Counted from the stretch's first letter, positions 7,614 through 14,910 are shown. The stretch is 14,910 nt of DNA from Myxococcota bacterium (GCA_040260805.1 JBDQPD010000086.1:1-14910); one strand, 5' to 3'. Made by a program: numbers and translations. Notes: generated by a model not told the origin, from the sequence alone.

Positions 7614-8237
7614 ATGAGCATCTTGGTCGGCCGTAAGGCGCCCGATTTTACTACCCAAGCGGTCCTCGGAAACGGCGAGATTGTCGATGACTTCAAGCTG
7701 AGCAATGCCCTATCAGGCAAGTACGGCGTCGTCTTCTTCTACCCCCTCGATTTCACCTTTGTCTGCCCGAGCGAAATCATCGCGATGGATCACCGCGCCG
7801 CCAAGCTCGGCGAGCTGGGCTGCGAAATCGTCGGTGTCTCGATCGATTCGCACTTCACGCACAACGCCTGGCGCAACACGCCGGTCGATCAAGGCGGCAT
7901 CGGTCACCTGAGCTACACGCTTGCGGCCGACATGAACCACAGCATCGCGCAAGCCTACGGGATCCAAAGCGACGGCGGTGATTCGTACTACCCCGCAGGT
8001 GTCGCCATGCGCGCCACCTTCGTGATCGATCAAAACGGTATCGTCCGCCACCAGGTGGTCAACGATGAGCCGATCGGTCGCAACATGGACGAAGTGGTTC
8101 GCATCGTCGAGGCGCTTCAGTTCTTCGAGAACCACGGACAAGTCTGCCCTGCCGGTTGGCAAAAGGGTAAGGCAGGTATGACGAATACGCCGGCTGGCGT
8201 GGCCTCGTACCTGGCTGACAATGCGGGCGAACTCTAG
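7614..8237 (+). CDS. ahpC: Typical 2-Cys peroxiredoxin (AhpC/TSA, Prx1 class), 207 aa
   Basis: FFYPLDFTFVCPSE (peroxidatic Cys), VS.DS.F.H.AW, GGIG, GRNMDE and VCPAGW (resolving Cys). Start reassigned to ATG 7614 after AGGAG. Confidence 0.95.
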   Translation: MSILVGRKAPDFTTQAVLGNGEIVDDFKLSNALSGKYGVVFFYPLDFTFVCPSEIIAMDHRAAKLGELGCEIVGVSIDSHFTHNAWRNTPVDQGGIGHLSYTLAADMNHSIAQAYGIQSDGGDSYYPAGVAMRATFVIDQNGIVRHQVVNDEPIGRNMDEVVRIVEALQFFENHGQVCPAGWQKGKAGMTNTPAGVASYLADNAGEL

Positions 8238-8261
8238 CCCACATTGAGTCTTAGACTGAGC

Positions 8262-8297
8262 GAGCAGCGCCCCAACACGGGGCGTTGTTCTTTTTTT
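8262..8297 (+). terminator. Intrinsic terminator of ahpC
   Basis: GAGCAGCGCCCC-AACAC-GGGGCGTTGTTC (12 bp, two G-U pairs) followed by T7, starting 25 nt after the ahpC stop. Confidence 0.88.
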
Positions 8298-8330
8298 CGC
8301 TGTGAGCCCCGTCTTTTCGCCCTGGAAATC

Positions 8331-8359
8331 TTGCTGCTCGCTGCTCGCGCACGTAAGGT
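8331..8359 (+). promoter_or_regulatory. Putative promoter of the purine catabolism operon
   Basis: TTGCTG-N17-TAAGGT, ending 8 nt before the ATG at 8368. TAAGG could instead be an SD sequence. Confidence 0.4.
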
Positions 8360-8367
8360 GTGATCCC

Positions 8368-11300
8368 ATGAACCCTGTTCGCTTTACCCTCAACGGCCAA
8401 CCGGTCGTTGCAGAGAATCTACAGCCCACCTCGACGTTGCTTCGTTGGCTGCGTGACCGGAAGGGTTTAACCGGCACCAAAGAGGGCTGCGCCGAAGGCG
8501 ACTGCGGCGCGTGCTCCGTCGTCGTGGTCGACCCCCTTGGCGAGCGAGGCCCCACCCTTCGCAGCGTTAACTCCTGCCTGATGCTCACGCAATCGCTTGA
8601 GGGGCAGCAGGTGTTCACCGTTGAAGGGCTCAAAGGTGCAGATGGCGGGGCGCACCCGGTTCAAGAAGCGATGGTGCAACATCTGGGTAGTCAGTGCGGT
8701 TATTGCACTCCTGGCTTTATCATGTCGATGGCCGAAGGCGCCCACCGGACCGATCTCGACGAACCTTGGAAACTCAACGACCAGCTCTGCGGCAACCTCT
8801 GCCGGTGCACGGGGTATCGTCCGATTCGAGATGCCCTGCGCGATGTTGCGGGCACCTGTCCCGCCGATGGACTCGCGCAGGCTTGCCGCGAGGGCGGCGA
8901 GATTGGCGAGGTCGAATCCGAAGGGTTCTCTCAACCACAGAGCCTCGCTGCGCTCTTCACGCAACTCGAACGGACGCCCAACGCACAGTTCGTCGCCGGC
9001 GCCACCGATCTCGGTCTTTTGATCACCAAGAAACATGCGCGCTACGAGCACATCATCTCCTTGCTGGCGCTGCCCGAGCTGCGCGGCATCCGTGAGACCC
9101 CAACCGGTTGGTCGATTGGCGCAGCGGTCCCGCTCGCAGACGTCGAAGAGTTTGCCGTCGAGTCACTCCCCGTCCTGGGTCGTGCCCTGCGGTATTTCGG
9201 CAGTCGTCAGATCAAGCATCGGGGCACCCTCGGTGGGAACCTCGCCACCGCCTCGCCGATCGGCGACTCCGCCCCGGTCCTGATGGCGCTGCAGGCGTCA
9301 GTGATCTTATCCTCGGCAAGGGGCCAGCGACGCGTCCCGCTCGACGAATTTTTCGTTGGCTACCGCGAGACCGCTCAGCGTTCAGGCGAAATTATCACAC
9401 GGATCGAGATCCCCCGACCCAGCCAGAACGTGCTGCTCGGGAGCTACAAGGTGTCGCGGCGGCGCGAGATGGACATCAGCGCCATTGCCCTTGGCGCCGC
9501 GATCACCGTGACCGAGGACGGTACGGTCGAGACCGCGCGCTTGGTCTATGGTGGAATGGCGGCGACGACTCAGCGTGCGACCAGCGCCGAGCAAGCGCTC
9601 ATCGGCGCGCCCTGGAGCCGCGCCAGCGTGACCGCAGCGATGCACACCATCGAAGCTGACTTCACGCCGCTCTCGGATCATCGAGGCAGCGCCGATTACC
9701 GCCGCACCGTGGCAGCCAACTTACTCATGGGCTTCTTTGACGAGACTGAGCAGGCACCCAACGGTGCCCTGCCCGCTTGGCATGCAGGGACGGTTTTACC
9801 GGGAAATGATGAGCAGGTCGCCGAGTATCACCAAGCGCCGAGTCATCACCAAGGCGCAGGCTCGCCGCTGCATCAATCCAGCGCCCACGAAAGCGGCTTG
9901 AGGCATACCACGGGCGAAGCGCTCTACGTGGAAGACGTCGCCACACGCCAAGGTAGCCTAGTGGTTCATCTGCTGGCTTCACCGCATGCTCACGCTCGCA
10001 TTCTGTCACGTGATGGAAGCGCTGCGCGTAAGCTTCCCGGCGTGCGCGCCGTGCTCTTTGCCGACGATATCCCAGGCGATAACTTGGTGGGACCGATTGT
10101 CCATGACGAACCGATACTCGCCGACGACACGGTTCAGTATGCTGGTCAGTCCGTCGCGATGGTCGTCGGTGAATCGTACGAAGCTTGCCGCGCAGGTGTT
10201 GATGCGATCACCGTTGAATACGAGCCGCTCCCTGCGATCCACACGATCGATGAAGCTCTGGCGGCGCAGAGCTTCTTGACCGATGAACACCGTATTGCTC
10301 GTGGTGATCTGGCAGCGGCGTTTGCTGAGGCTGAGGTGATCATTGAAGGTCGCACCGAATCGGGCGCTCAGGATCACTTTTACCTCGAGACGCAAGCAAC
10401 TCTTGCGACGCCCCAAGAAAACGGCTGCATGCATCTTTTGAGCTCGACGCAGCACCCAACAGAGGTGCAGCGCATGGCGGCGCTGGTGCTCAACAAAGGG
10501 GCGCATCAAGTGACCTGCGAGACGCCGCGCATGGGCGGCGCCTTTGGCGGTAAAGAGAGCCAAGCGGCGAATTATGCGTGTTTAGCGGCGCTCGCGGCCA
10601 ACGCCGTGGGCGAGCCCGTCTGCGTCTGGCTCAATCGCGAAGACGACATGGCCTTCACCGGCAAACGCCACCCCTTTGCGTCGCGCTACAAAGCGGGCTT
10701 TAGCGCCGAGGGCGACCTGCTCGGTTTGCAAGTAGAGATCTACTCAGATGGTGGCTGGACCGTCGACTTGAGCCCCGGGGTGCACGACCGGGCGATGTTC
10801 CATTTGGACAACGCCTACTTCATCCCCAACCTCGAGTTCACGGGGCGAGCCTGTCGAACCAACCGCCCATCAGGCACTGCGTTTCGTGGCTTTGGCGGTC
10901 CCCAAGGCGTCGTGGTGGTCGAAGAAGCGATCGCTCGCTTCGCCGAGCTTAAAGGTATGGACCCCACCGAGGTTCGCCAGCGCAACTACTACGCCGAGGG
11001 CGGTCGCGACTGGGCGCCTTACGGTCAGAAAATCGAAGAGATCCGGCTGCAACGCATTCATCATGAGCTGCTCGAGTCGAGCGCCTACGCATCGAGGCGA
11101 GCACAGATCGCCGAATTTAATGCGACGCACGAACACGTCAAGCGAGGGCTCGCCTTCCAGCCGGTCAAGTTCGGGATCTCCTTTACCGTCTCGGTGCTCA
11201 ACCAAGCCGGCGCGCTGGTGGTGGTCTACACTGACGGCTCGGCCCAGATTAACCATGGCGGCACCGAGATGGGTCAGGGCTTACACACCAAGATGGCGGC

Positions 11301-12144
11301 GGTCGCAGCCGACACCTTAGGGCTGCCCAGCGATCGCATCCGGGTGATGCACACCAACACCGAAAAGGTCCCCAACACCACGCCCACGGCGGCGTCTTCA
11401 GGGTCGGATCTCAACGGCGCTGCGGTGCTTGATGCCTGCCGTAAAATCACCGACAGAATGCGACCTATCGCTGCTGGGATCCTGGATTGTTCAGAGGCGG
11501 ATGTCCGCTTTGAAGCTGGTCAGATTCGCGGTGGTGGCAACAGCAAAACCTTTGCCGAAGTGGCGAACGCTTGCTGGGCTCAGCATGTCTCCTTATCGGC
11601 CACCGGTTTTTGGGCAACGCCAGGCGTCGCCTACGACCGTGAGGCAGGTCAGGGCACACCCTTTTATTACTTTGCCTATGGCGGTGCGGTCTCCGAGGTC
11701 GAGCTCAACGGACTGACGGGCGAGCATCGCGTGCGGCGTGTGGATATCTTGCACGATGTCGGTAACCCCTTGGTCCCGAGCATCGATCGCGGACAAGTCG
11801 AGGGCGCCTTTGTCCAAGGGATGGGCTGGCTCACCGATGAAGAGGTCTTATACCACGATGATGGGCGATGCCTGACGGTCGGTCCGTCCACCTACAAGAT
11901 CCCGTCCTTTGGCGATACACCGCCAGAGTTCAACGTCGCCTTGCTCGAGCGTGCACCCAACGCAGCCGTCGTCGGCGGCTCAAAGGCGGTCGGCGAGCCG
12001 CCCTTCCTGCTCGCGATTTCGGTCGCGCACGCCCTGAGACACGCGGTCCAAGCCTTTGGACCCGAGCATCGCCAAGTCGAGCTCAGCCTACCGGCAACGC
12101 CCGAAGCCTTACTGCGCGCCGTTCAAGCGCAAACGAGGAGTTAG
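8368..12144 (+). CDS. xdhAB: Xanthine dehydrogenase, single-chain XdhA-XdhB fusion (2x[2Fe-2S], FAD and molybdopterin domains), 1258 aa
   Basis: Fe-S: GTKEGCAEGDCGAC, SQCGYCTPG, GNLCRCTGYRPI. FAD: AGATDLG, GTLGGNLATASPIGD. Moco: GGAFGGKE, RAMFH.DNAY, AFRGFGGPQG, GGTEMGQGLHTK, TAASSGSDLNG, SKAVGEPP (catalytic Glu). One uninterrupted reading frame. Confidence 0.95.
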   Translation: MNPVRFTLNGQPVVAENLQPTSTLLRWLRDRKGLTGTKEGCAEGDCGACSVVVVDPLGERGPTLRSVNSCLMLTQSLEGQQVFTVEGLKGADGGAHPVQEAMVQHLGSQCGYCTPGFIMSMAEGAHRTDLDEPWKLNDQLCGNLCRCTGYRPIRDALRDVAGTCPADGLAQACREGGEIGEVESEGFSQPQSLAALFTQLERTPNAQFVAGATDLGLLITKKHARYEHIISLLALPELRGIRETPTGWSIGAAVPLADVEEFAVESLPVLGRALRYFGSRQIKHRGTLGGNLATASPIGDSAPVLMALQASVILSSARGQRRVPLDEFFVGYRETAQRSGEIITRIEIPRPSQNVLLGSYKVSRRREMDISAIALGAAITVTEDGTVETARLVYGGMAATTQRATSAEQALIGAPWSRASVTAAMHTIEADFTPLSDHRGSADYRRTVAANLLMGFFDETEQAPNGALPAWHAGTVLPGNDEQVAEYHQAPSHHQGAGSPLHQSSAHESGLRHTTGEALYVEDVATRQGSLVVHLLASPHAHARILSRDGSAARKLPGVRAVLFADDIPGDNLVGPIVHDEPILADDTVQYAGQSVAMVVGESYEACRAGVDAITVEYEPLPAIHTIDEALAAQSFLTDEHRIARGDLAAAFAEAEVIIEGRTESGAQDHFYLETQATLATPQENGCMHLLSSTQHPTEVQRMAALVLNKGAHQVTCETPRMGGAFGGKESQAANYACLAALAANAVGEPVCVWLNREDDMAFTGKRHPFASRYKAGFSAEGDLLGLQVEIYSDGGWTVDLSPGVHDRAMFHLDNAYFIPNLEFTGRACRTNRPSGTAFRGFGGPQGVVVVEEAIARFAELKGMDPTEVRQRNYYAEGGRDWAPYGQKIEEIRLQRIHHELLESSAYASRRAQIAEFNATHEHVKRGLAFQPVKFGISFTVSVLNQAGALVVVYTDGSAQINHGGTEMGQGLHTKMAAVAADTLGLPSDRIRVMHTNTEKVPNTTPTAASSGSDLNGAAVLDACRKITDRMRPIAAGILDCSEADVRFEAGQIRGGGNSKTFAEVANACWAQHVSLSATGFWATPGVAYDREAGQGTPFYYFAYGGAVSEVELNGLTGEHRVRRVDILHDVGNPLVPSIDRGQVEGAFVQGMGWLTDEEVLYHDDGRCLTVGPSTYKIPSFGDTPPEFNVALLERAPNAAVVGGSKAVGEPPFLLAISVAHALRHAVQAFGPEHRQVELSLPATPEALLRAVQAQTRS
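9819..9853 (+). repeat. Imperfect tandem duplication in the XdhA-XdhB linker
   Basis: CGCCGAGT-ATCACCAAG (9819-9835) immediately followed by CGCCGAGT-C-ATCACCAAG (9836-9853); identical except for one inserted C. Confidence 0.85.
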
Positions 12145-12145
12145 T

Positions 12146-13360
12146 ATGGACCCCTACTGGGCAGAATGGCTCCATTTAATCGTTCGCTGGACTCACTTTA
12201 CCGTCGGGGTGGCGTGGATTGGCGCGAGCTTTTACTTCAACTGGCTCAACAACTCCGTACGCCCGCCTGAAGAAGACGAAGAGGGCGTCATCGGCGAGGT
12301 CTGGGCGATCCACGGCGGCGCCTATTACCGGGTGACCAAGCACGATCGCAACATGCCCCGGCTGCCCACCACCCTGCACTGGTTCAAGTACGAGGCCTAC
12401 TTTACCTGGATCACCGGCTTTATCCTGCTCGGCCTAGTCTACCACATGAACGCGAAGGCGTATCTGATCAAGCCGGGCAGCGACATGAGCGCAGGGATGG
12501 CGAGTCTGCTCTCGACCGCGAGCCTTGTGGTGGCGTGGGTGGTCTATGACCTCTTGTGCAAGAGCCCGCTCAAGAAAAAACCGGTGACCTTCGCCCTGAT
12601 CGGTTTTGCCCTAGTCACCGCAGCCGCCTACGGCTTGCATCAGATCTTTTCGGCACGCGCCGCCTATATTCACGTCGGCGCCATGATCGGCACCTGCATG
12701 GCGGCCAATGTCTTCTTCGTGATCATCCCCGGTCAGCGGGCGATGGTCGATGCCACCGAGAAAGGCGAAGAGCCCGATGTCCGCTACGGACAAGCTGGCT
12801 CGTTTCGCTCCCTGCACAACAACTACCTGACCCTACCCGTCCTGTTCATCATGATCTCGGCGCACTTCCCGATGACCTACGGGCACGCCGCCAACTGGGC
12901 GATCTTAGCGGCGCTGGCGTTCTTGAGTGCGGGCGTTCGGCACTGGTTTAACCTGCGTGGTCAGGGTCATCGCAACGTCTGGATACTTCCAATTTGTGCG
13001 ATCGCTGGGATTGGGCTGGCCTTTGTCGTCAAACCCAAACCGGTCACCCCGCCGCCTGGCGCAGCCGCAGCGGCGACGCTCTCCGCCGCCGAGAATGCCG
13101 TCTTGTTCACCGAGGTTCAGGCGATCTTTAAACGGCGATGCAACACCTGCCACGCGGCGAAACCGACCCACGTGACCGCGCCGGTTGCGCCCAAGGGCGT
13201 GATGTTCGACACCCCCGAACAGATCGCCGCCAAAGCGCAAGAGATCAAAGCACAAGCCGTGGATGCCATCATCATGCCTTTAGGAAACCTAACCAAGATG
13301 ACGGATGAAGAACGCCAGACGGTCGGTCGCTGGATCGCAGCGGGTGCCAAACTCCCATGA
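12146..13360 (+). CDS. puuD: Integral-membrane urate oxidase/hydroxylase PuuD with C-terminal cytochrome c (404 aa)
   Basis: WL.L.VRW.H...G.AWIG.SFYF, W.IHGG..Y, LHWFK.EAY.TW.TG, H.GAM.GT.MA.NV...IIP.Q, RS.HNNY.TLPVLF.MIS.H; heme motif CNTCH and distal MPLGN.T.MT.EER. GAGGAG RBS inside the end of xdh; ATG 1 nt after the xdh stop. Confidence 0.94.
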   Translation: MDPYWAEWLHLIVRWTHFTVGVAWIGASFYFNWLNNSVRPPEEDEEGVIGEVWAIHGGAYYRVTKHDRNMPRLPTTLHWFKYEAYFTWITGFILLGLVYHMNAKAYLIKPGSDMSAGMASLLSTASLVVAWVVYDLLCKSPLKKKPVTFALIGFALVTAAAYGLHQIFSARAAYIHVGAMIGTCMAANVFFVIIPGQRAMVDATEKGEEPDVRYGQAGSFRSLHNNYLTLPVLFIMISAHFPMTYGHAANWAILAALAFLSAGVRHWFNLRGQGHRNVWILPICAIAGIGLAFVVKPKPVTPPPGAAAAATLSAAENAVLFTEVQAIFKRRCNTCHAAKPTHVTAPVAPKGVMFDTPEQIAAKAQEIKAQAVDAIIMPLGNLTKMTDEERQTVGRWIAAGAKLP

Positions 13361-14877
13361 GTGAAACCCACGCCACCCCCTCGTCTTTTGGCAACTTAGT
13401 CGATCTGCTCAGCGAGCGACTCGGCGGGCAAGCGCTCGCGTGCTCGGACGACTTCTTCGCCTCGATCGACAACCTGACCCAAGCGCATGAGCCCGAATGG
13501 CGTGAGGAGGCGTTCACCGAGCGCGGCAAGTGGATGGACGGCTGGGAGAGCCGGCGCAAACGCACGCCGGGTAACGACTGGTGCATCCTCAAGCTCGGGG
13601 CGGCGGGCGTGATCCACGCGGTCGACGTCGACACTCGGCACTTTACCGGCAATCATGCGCCCTTCGCTGCGCTCGATGGCTGCTCGGCGCCTGCTGATGC
13701 CAGCATCGAATGGCTGCGAGACCAAGCCGAATGGACTGAGGTTCTGCCCCCCTCGCCTTGTAAGCCAGGCGGTCCCAACCTCTTTAGCTTGAGCCGCCAC
13801 ACAAGCTTTAACCACGTGCGCTTGCGGATCTTTCCGGCGGGCGGCGTGGCGCGCCTGCGCTGCTTTGGCATCGCCGATGCGCCGACTCAGAGCGACTCGA
13901 TGGACTTAGCCAGCGCCGCGGTCGGCAGCCGCGCCATCGTCTGCTCGGATCAATATTTCGCCGACATGAACGAGCTGATCTCGACGCAGCCACCCCTAAA
14001 CATGGGCAGCGGTTGGGAGACCAAACGACTTAACCGAGTGGGTGAAGACTGGCTGGTACTCAAGCTTGGTCAGCCGGGGACGTTGAAACGCGTCGAGCTC
14101 GACACCAAACACTTCAAAGGGAACTTCCCCGACTCAGCTCGTCTGGACGGACTGTATTGGCCAAACGCCCCCGCCCACCTCTTACCGCACAGCCCCCACT
14201 GGCAGCCGATCCTCGCCGATGCGCCGCTCTCTGCCGATGCTGTCCATGGCTTTGATAATCTGCTCAGCGCCGGGCCCTATACCCATCTGCGTCTGACGAT
14301 GGTTCCTGACGGTGGCATCTCCCGGATGCGCTGCTTCGGCGCGCCCGCTAGCGCGCCGGCATCCACCGGCGATTCGCTCGTCGATCACCTCAACAGCTTG
14401 AGCGCTGCGGACTTAGAGTCGGCGCTGATGCGCTGCTGCGGCGCAACGCGCTGGGCTCAAGCGATGGCAGCGATGGCGCCCTTTGCCAGCCGCGCGCAGC
14501 TCTTTGGCGAGGCCGAGAACCAGTGGTGGCGCTTAGCCGAAGCCGACTGGAGAGAAGCCTTCACCCACCACCCGAAAATCGGCGCTGATGTCGAGGCCTT
14601 GCGCGAAAAGTTTGCCGCGACGGCCGGCTGGTCCGAGGGCGAGCAACAAGGCGTTGCGCAGGCGAGCGATACGGTTCTACAGGCTTTAGCCCAAGGAAAC
14701 ACCGACTACGAGGCGCGCTACGGCTACATCTTTATCGTCTGCGCCAGCGGTAAATCTGCCGAGCAGATGCTTGCGCTTTTGCAGCGCCGCGCCGACAACG
14801 ACCCGGCGCAAGAGATCTTTATCGCCGCTGGCGAGCAAGCCAAAATCACCGCGCTACGGTTGGAGAAGCTGCTATGA
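13357..14877 (+). CDS. alc-uraD: Bifunctional allantoicase / OHCU decarboxylase (Alc-UraD fusion), 506 aa
   Basis: Two allantoicase repeats (SDDFF, KWMDGWESRRKR, DT.HFTGN, GGVARLR; GWET.R, DT.HFKGNFP, PDGG.SR.R), an APASAPAS linker (14341-14364), then UraD (CCG...W, AF.HHPKIG, S..EQ, N..YE.RYGYIFIVCASGKS, E...A..EQ.KI..LRL). ATGA overlap with puuD. Confidence 0.92.
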   Translation: MSETHATPSSFGNLVDLLSERLGGQALACSDDFFASIDNLTQAHEPEWREEAFTERGKWMDGWESRRKRTPGNDWCILKLGAAGVIHAVDVDTRHFTGNHAPFAALDGCSAPADASIEWLRDQAEWTEVLPPSPCKPGGPNLFSLSRHTSFNHVRLRIFPAGGVARLRCFGIADAPTQSDSMDLASAAVGSRAIVCSDQYFADMNELISTQPPLNMGSGWETKRLNRVGEDWLVLKLGQPGTLKRVELDTKHFKGNFPDSARLDGLYWPNAPAHLLPHSPHWQPILADAPLSADAVHGFDNLLSAGPYTHLRLTMVPDGGISRMRCFGAPASAPASTGDSLVDHLNSLSAADLESALMRCCGATRWAQAMAAMAPFASRAQLFGEAENQWWRLAEADWREAFTHHPKIGADVEALREKFAATAGWSEGEQQGVAQASDTVLQALAQGNTDYEARYGYIFIVCASGKSAEQMLALLQRRADNDPAQEIFIAAGEQAKITALRLEKLL

Positions 14878-14910
14878 GCTCGTTATCGACGCATATTTTA
14901 GATCAAGGCG
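14874..14910 (+). CDS. uraH: 5-hydroxyisourate hydrolase (transthyretin-like), first 12 codons only
   Basis: ATGA overlap with the alc-uraD stop; translates MSSLSTHILDQG. LSTH[IV]LD is the HIUase N-terminal signature and the operon context fits. Confidence 0.85.
   Translation, partial: MSSLSTHILDQG

Noticed and set aside
8238..8367. Purine or xanthine riboswitch upstream of xdh
   Set aside because: The hairpin plus T7 sits right after the ahpC stop and is explained as its terminator; I see no purine-aptamer consensus and there is little room for an aptamer. An Rfam scan would settle it.
7713..8633. 306-aa minus-strand ORF
   Set aside because: Antisense to ahpC and the xdh 5' end, crosses a terminator and has no recognisable motifs; a typical shadow ORF in GC-rich DNA.
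8467..11891. Overlapping alternative-frame ORFs within xdh (e.g. 8467-9051, 9108-9659, 10006-10563)
   Set aside because: No motifs or RBS; expected by chance in a long GC-rich gene.
2428..12145. ORF-track starts at 2553, 4150, 6439, 7542, 8302 and 12056 and the apparent gene overlaps they create
   Set aside because: These are longest-ORF extensions. Downstream ATGs (2427, 4027, 6475, 7614, 8368, 12146) fit RBSs, signal peptides or family N-termini and remove the overlaps.
7614..13360. ahpC as a member of the purine operon, detoxifying H2O2 from xanthine/urate oxidation
   Set aside because: A strong terminator and a separate putative promoter lie between the genes; adjacency alone is not evidence of a functional link.

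Overview
GC-rich bacterial window, most consistent with a myxobacterial/deltaproteobacterial genome (inferred from DUF4215-type Cys repeats and a GlnRS-YqeY fusion). Left half: a truncated sufE, a small orphan lipoprotein, two tandem paralogous acidic lipoproteins (2 Cys-rich repeats plus 3 PPC-like domains each), glnS with a C-terminal GatB/YqeY domain, an AGMO-like fatty-acid-hydroxylase-family membrane enzyme and a 2-Cys peroxiredoxin. Right half: a tightly coupled purine-catabolism operon made of a single-chain XdhA-XdhB xanthine dehydrogenase, the cytochrome-c urate oxidase PuuD, an allantoicase-OHCU decarboxylase fusion and the first 12 codons of HIU hydrolase (uraH). The most notable sequence-level observation is at the XdhA/XdhB junction: a 17/18-nt tandem duplication sits next to an out-of-frame ATGATGA, which looks like the scar of a gene fusion. 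No RNA genes, CRISPR arrays or mobile elements were seen. All family calls come from motif recognition by eye; no database searches were run.
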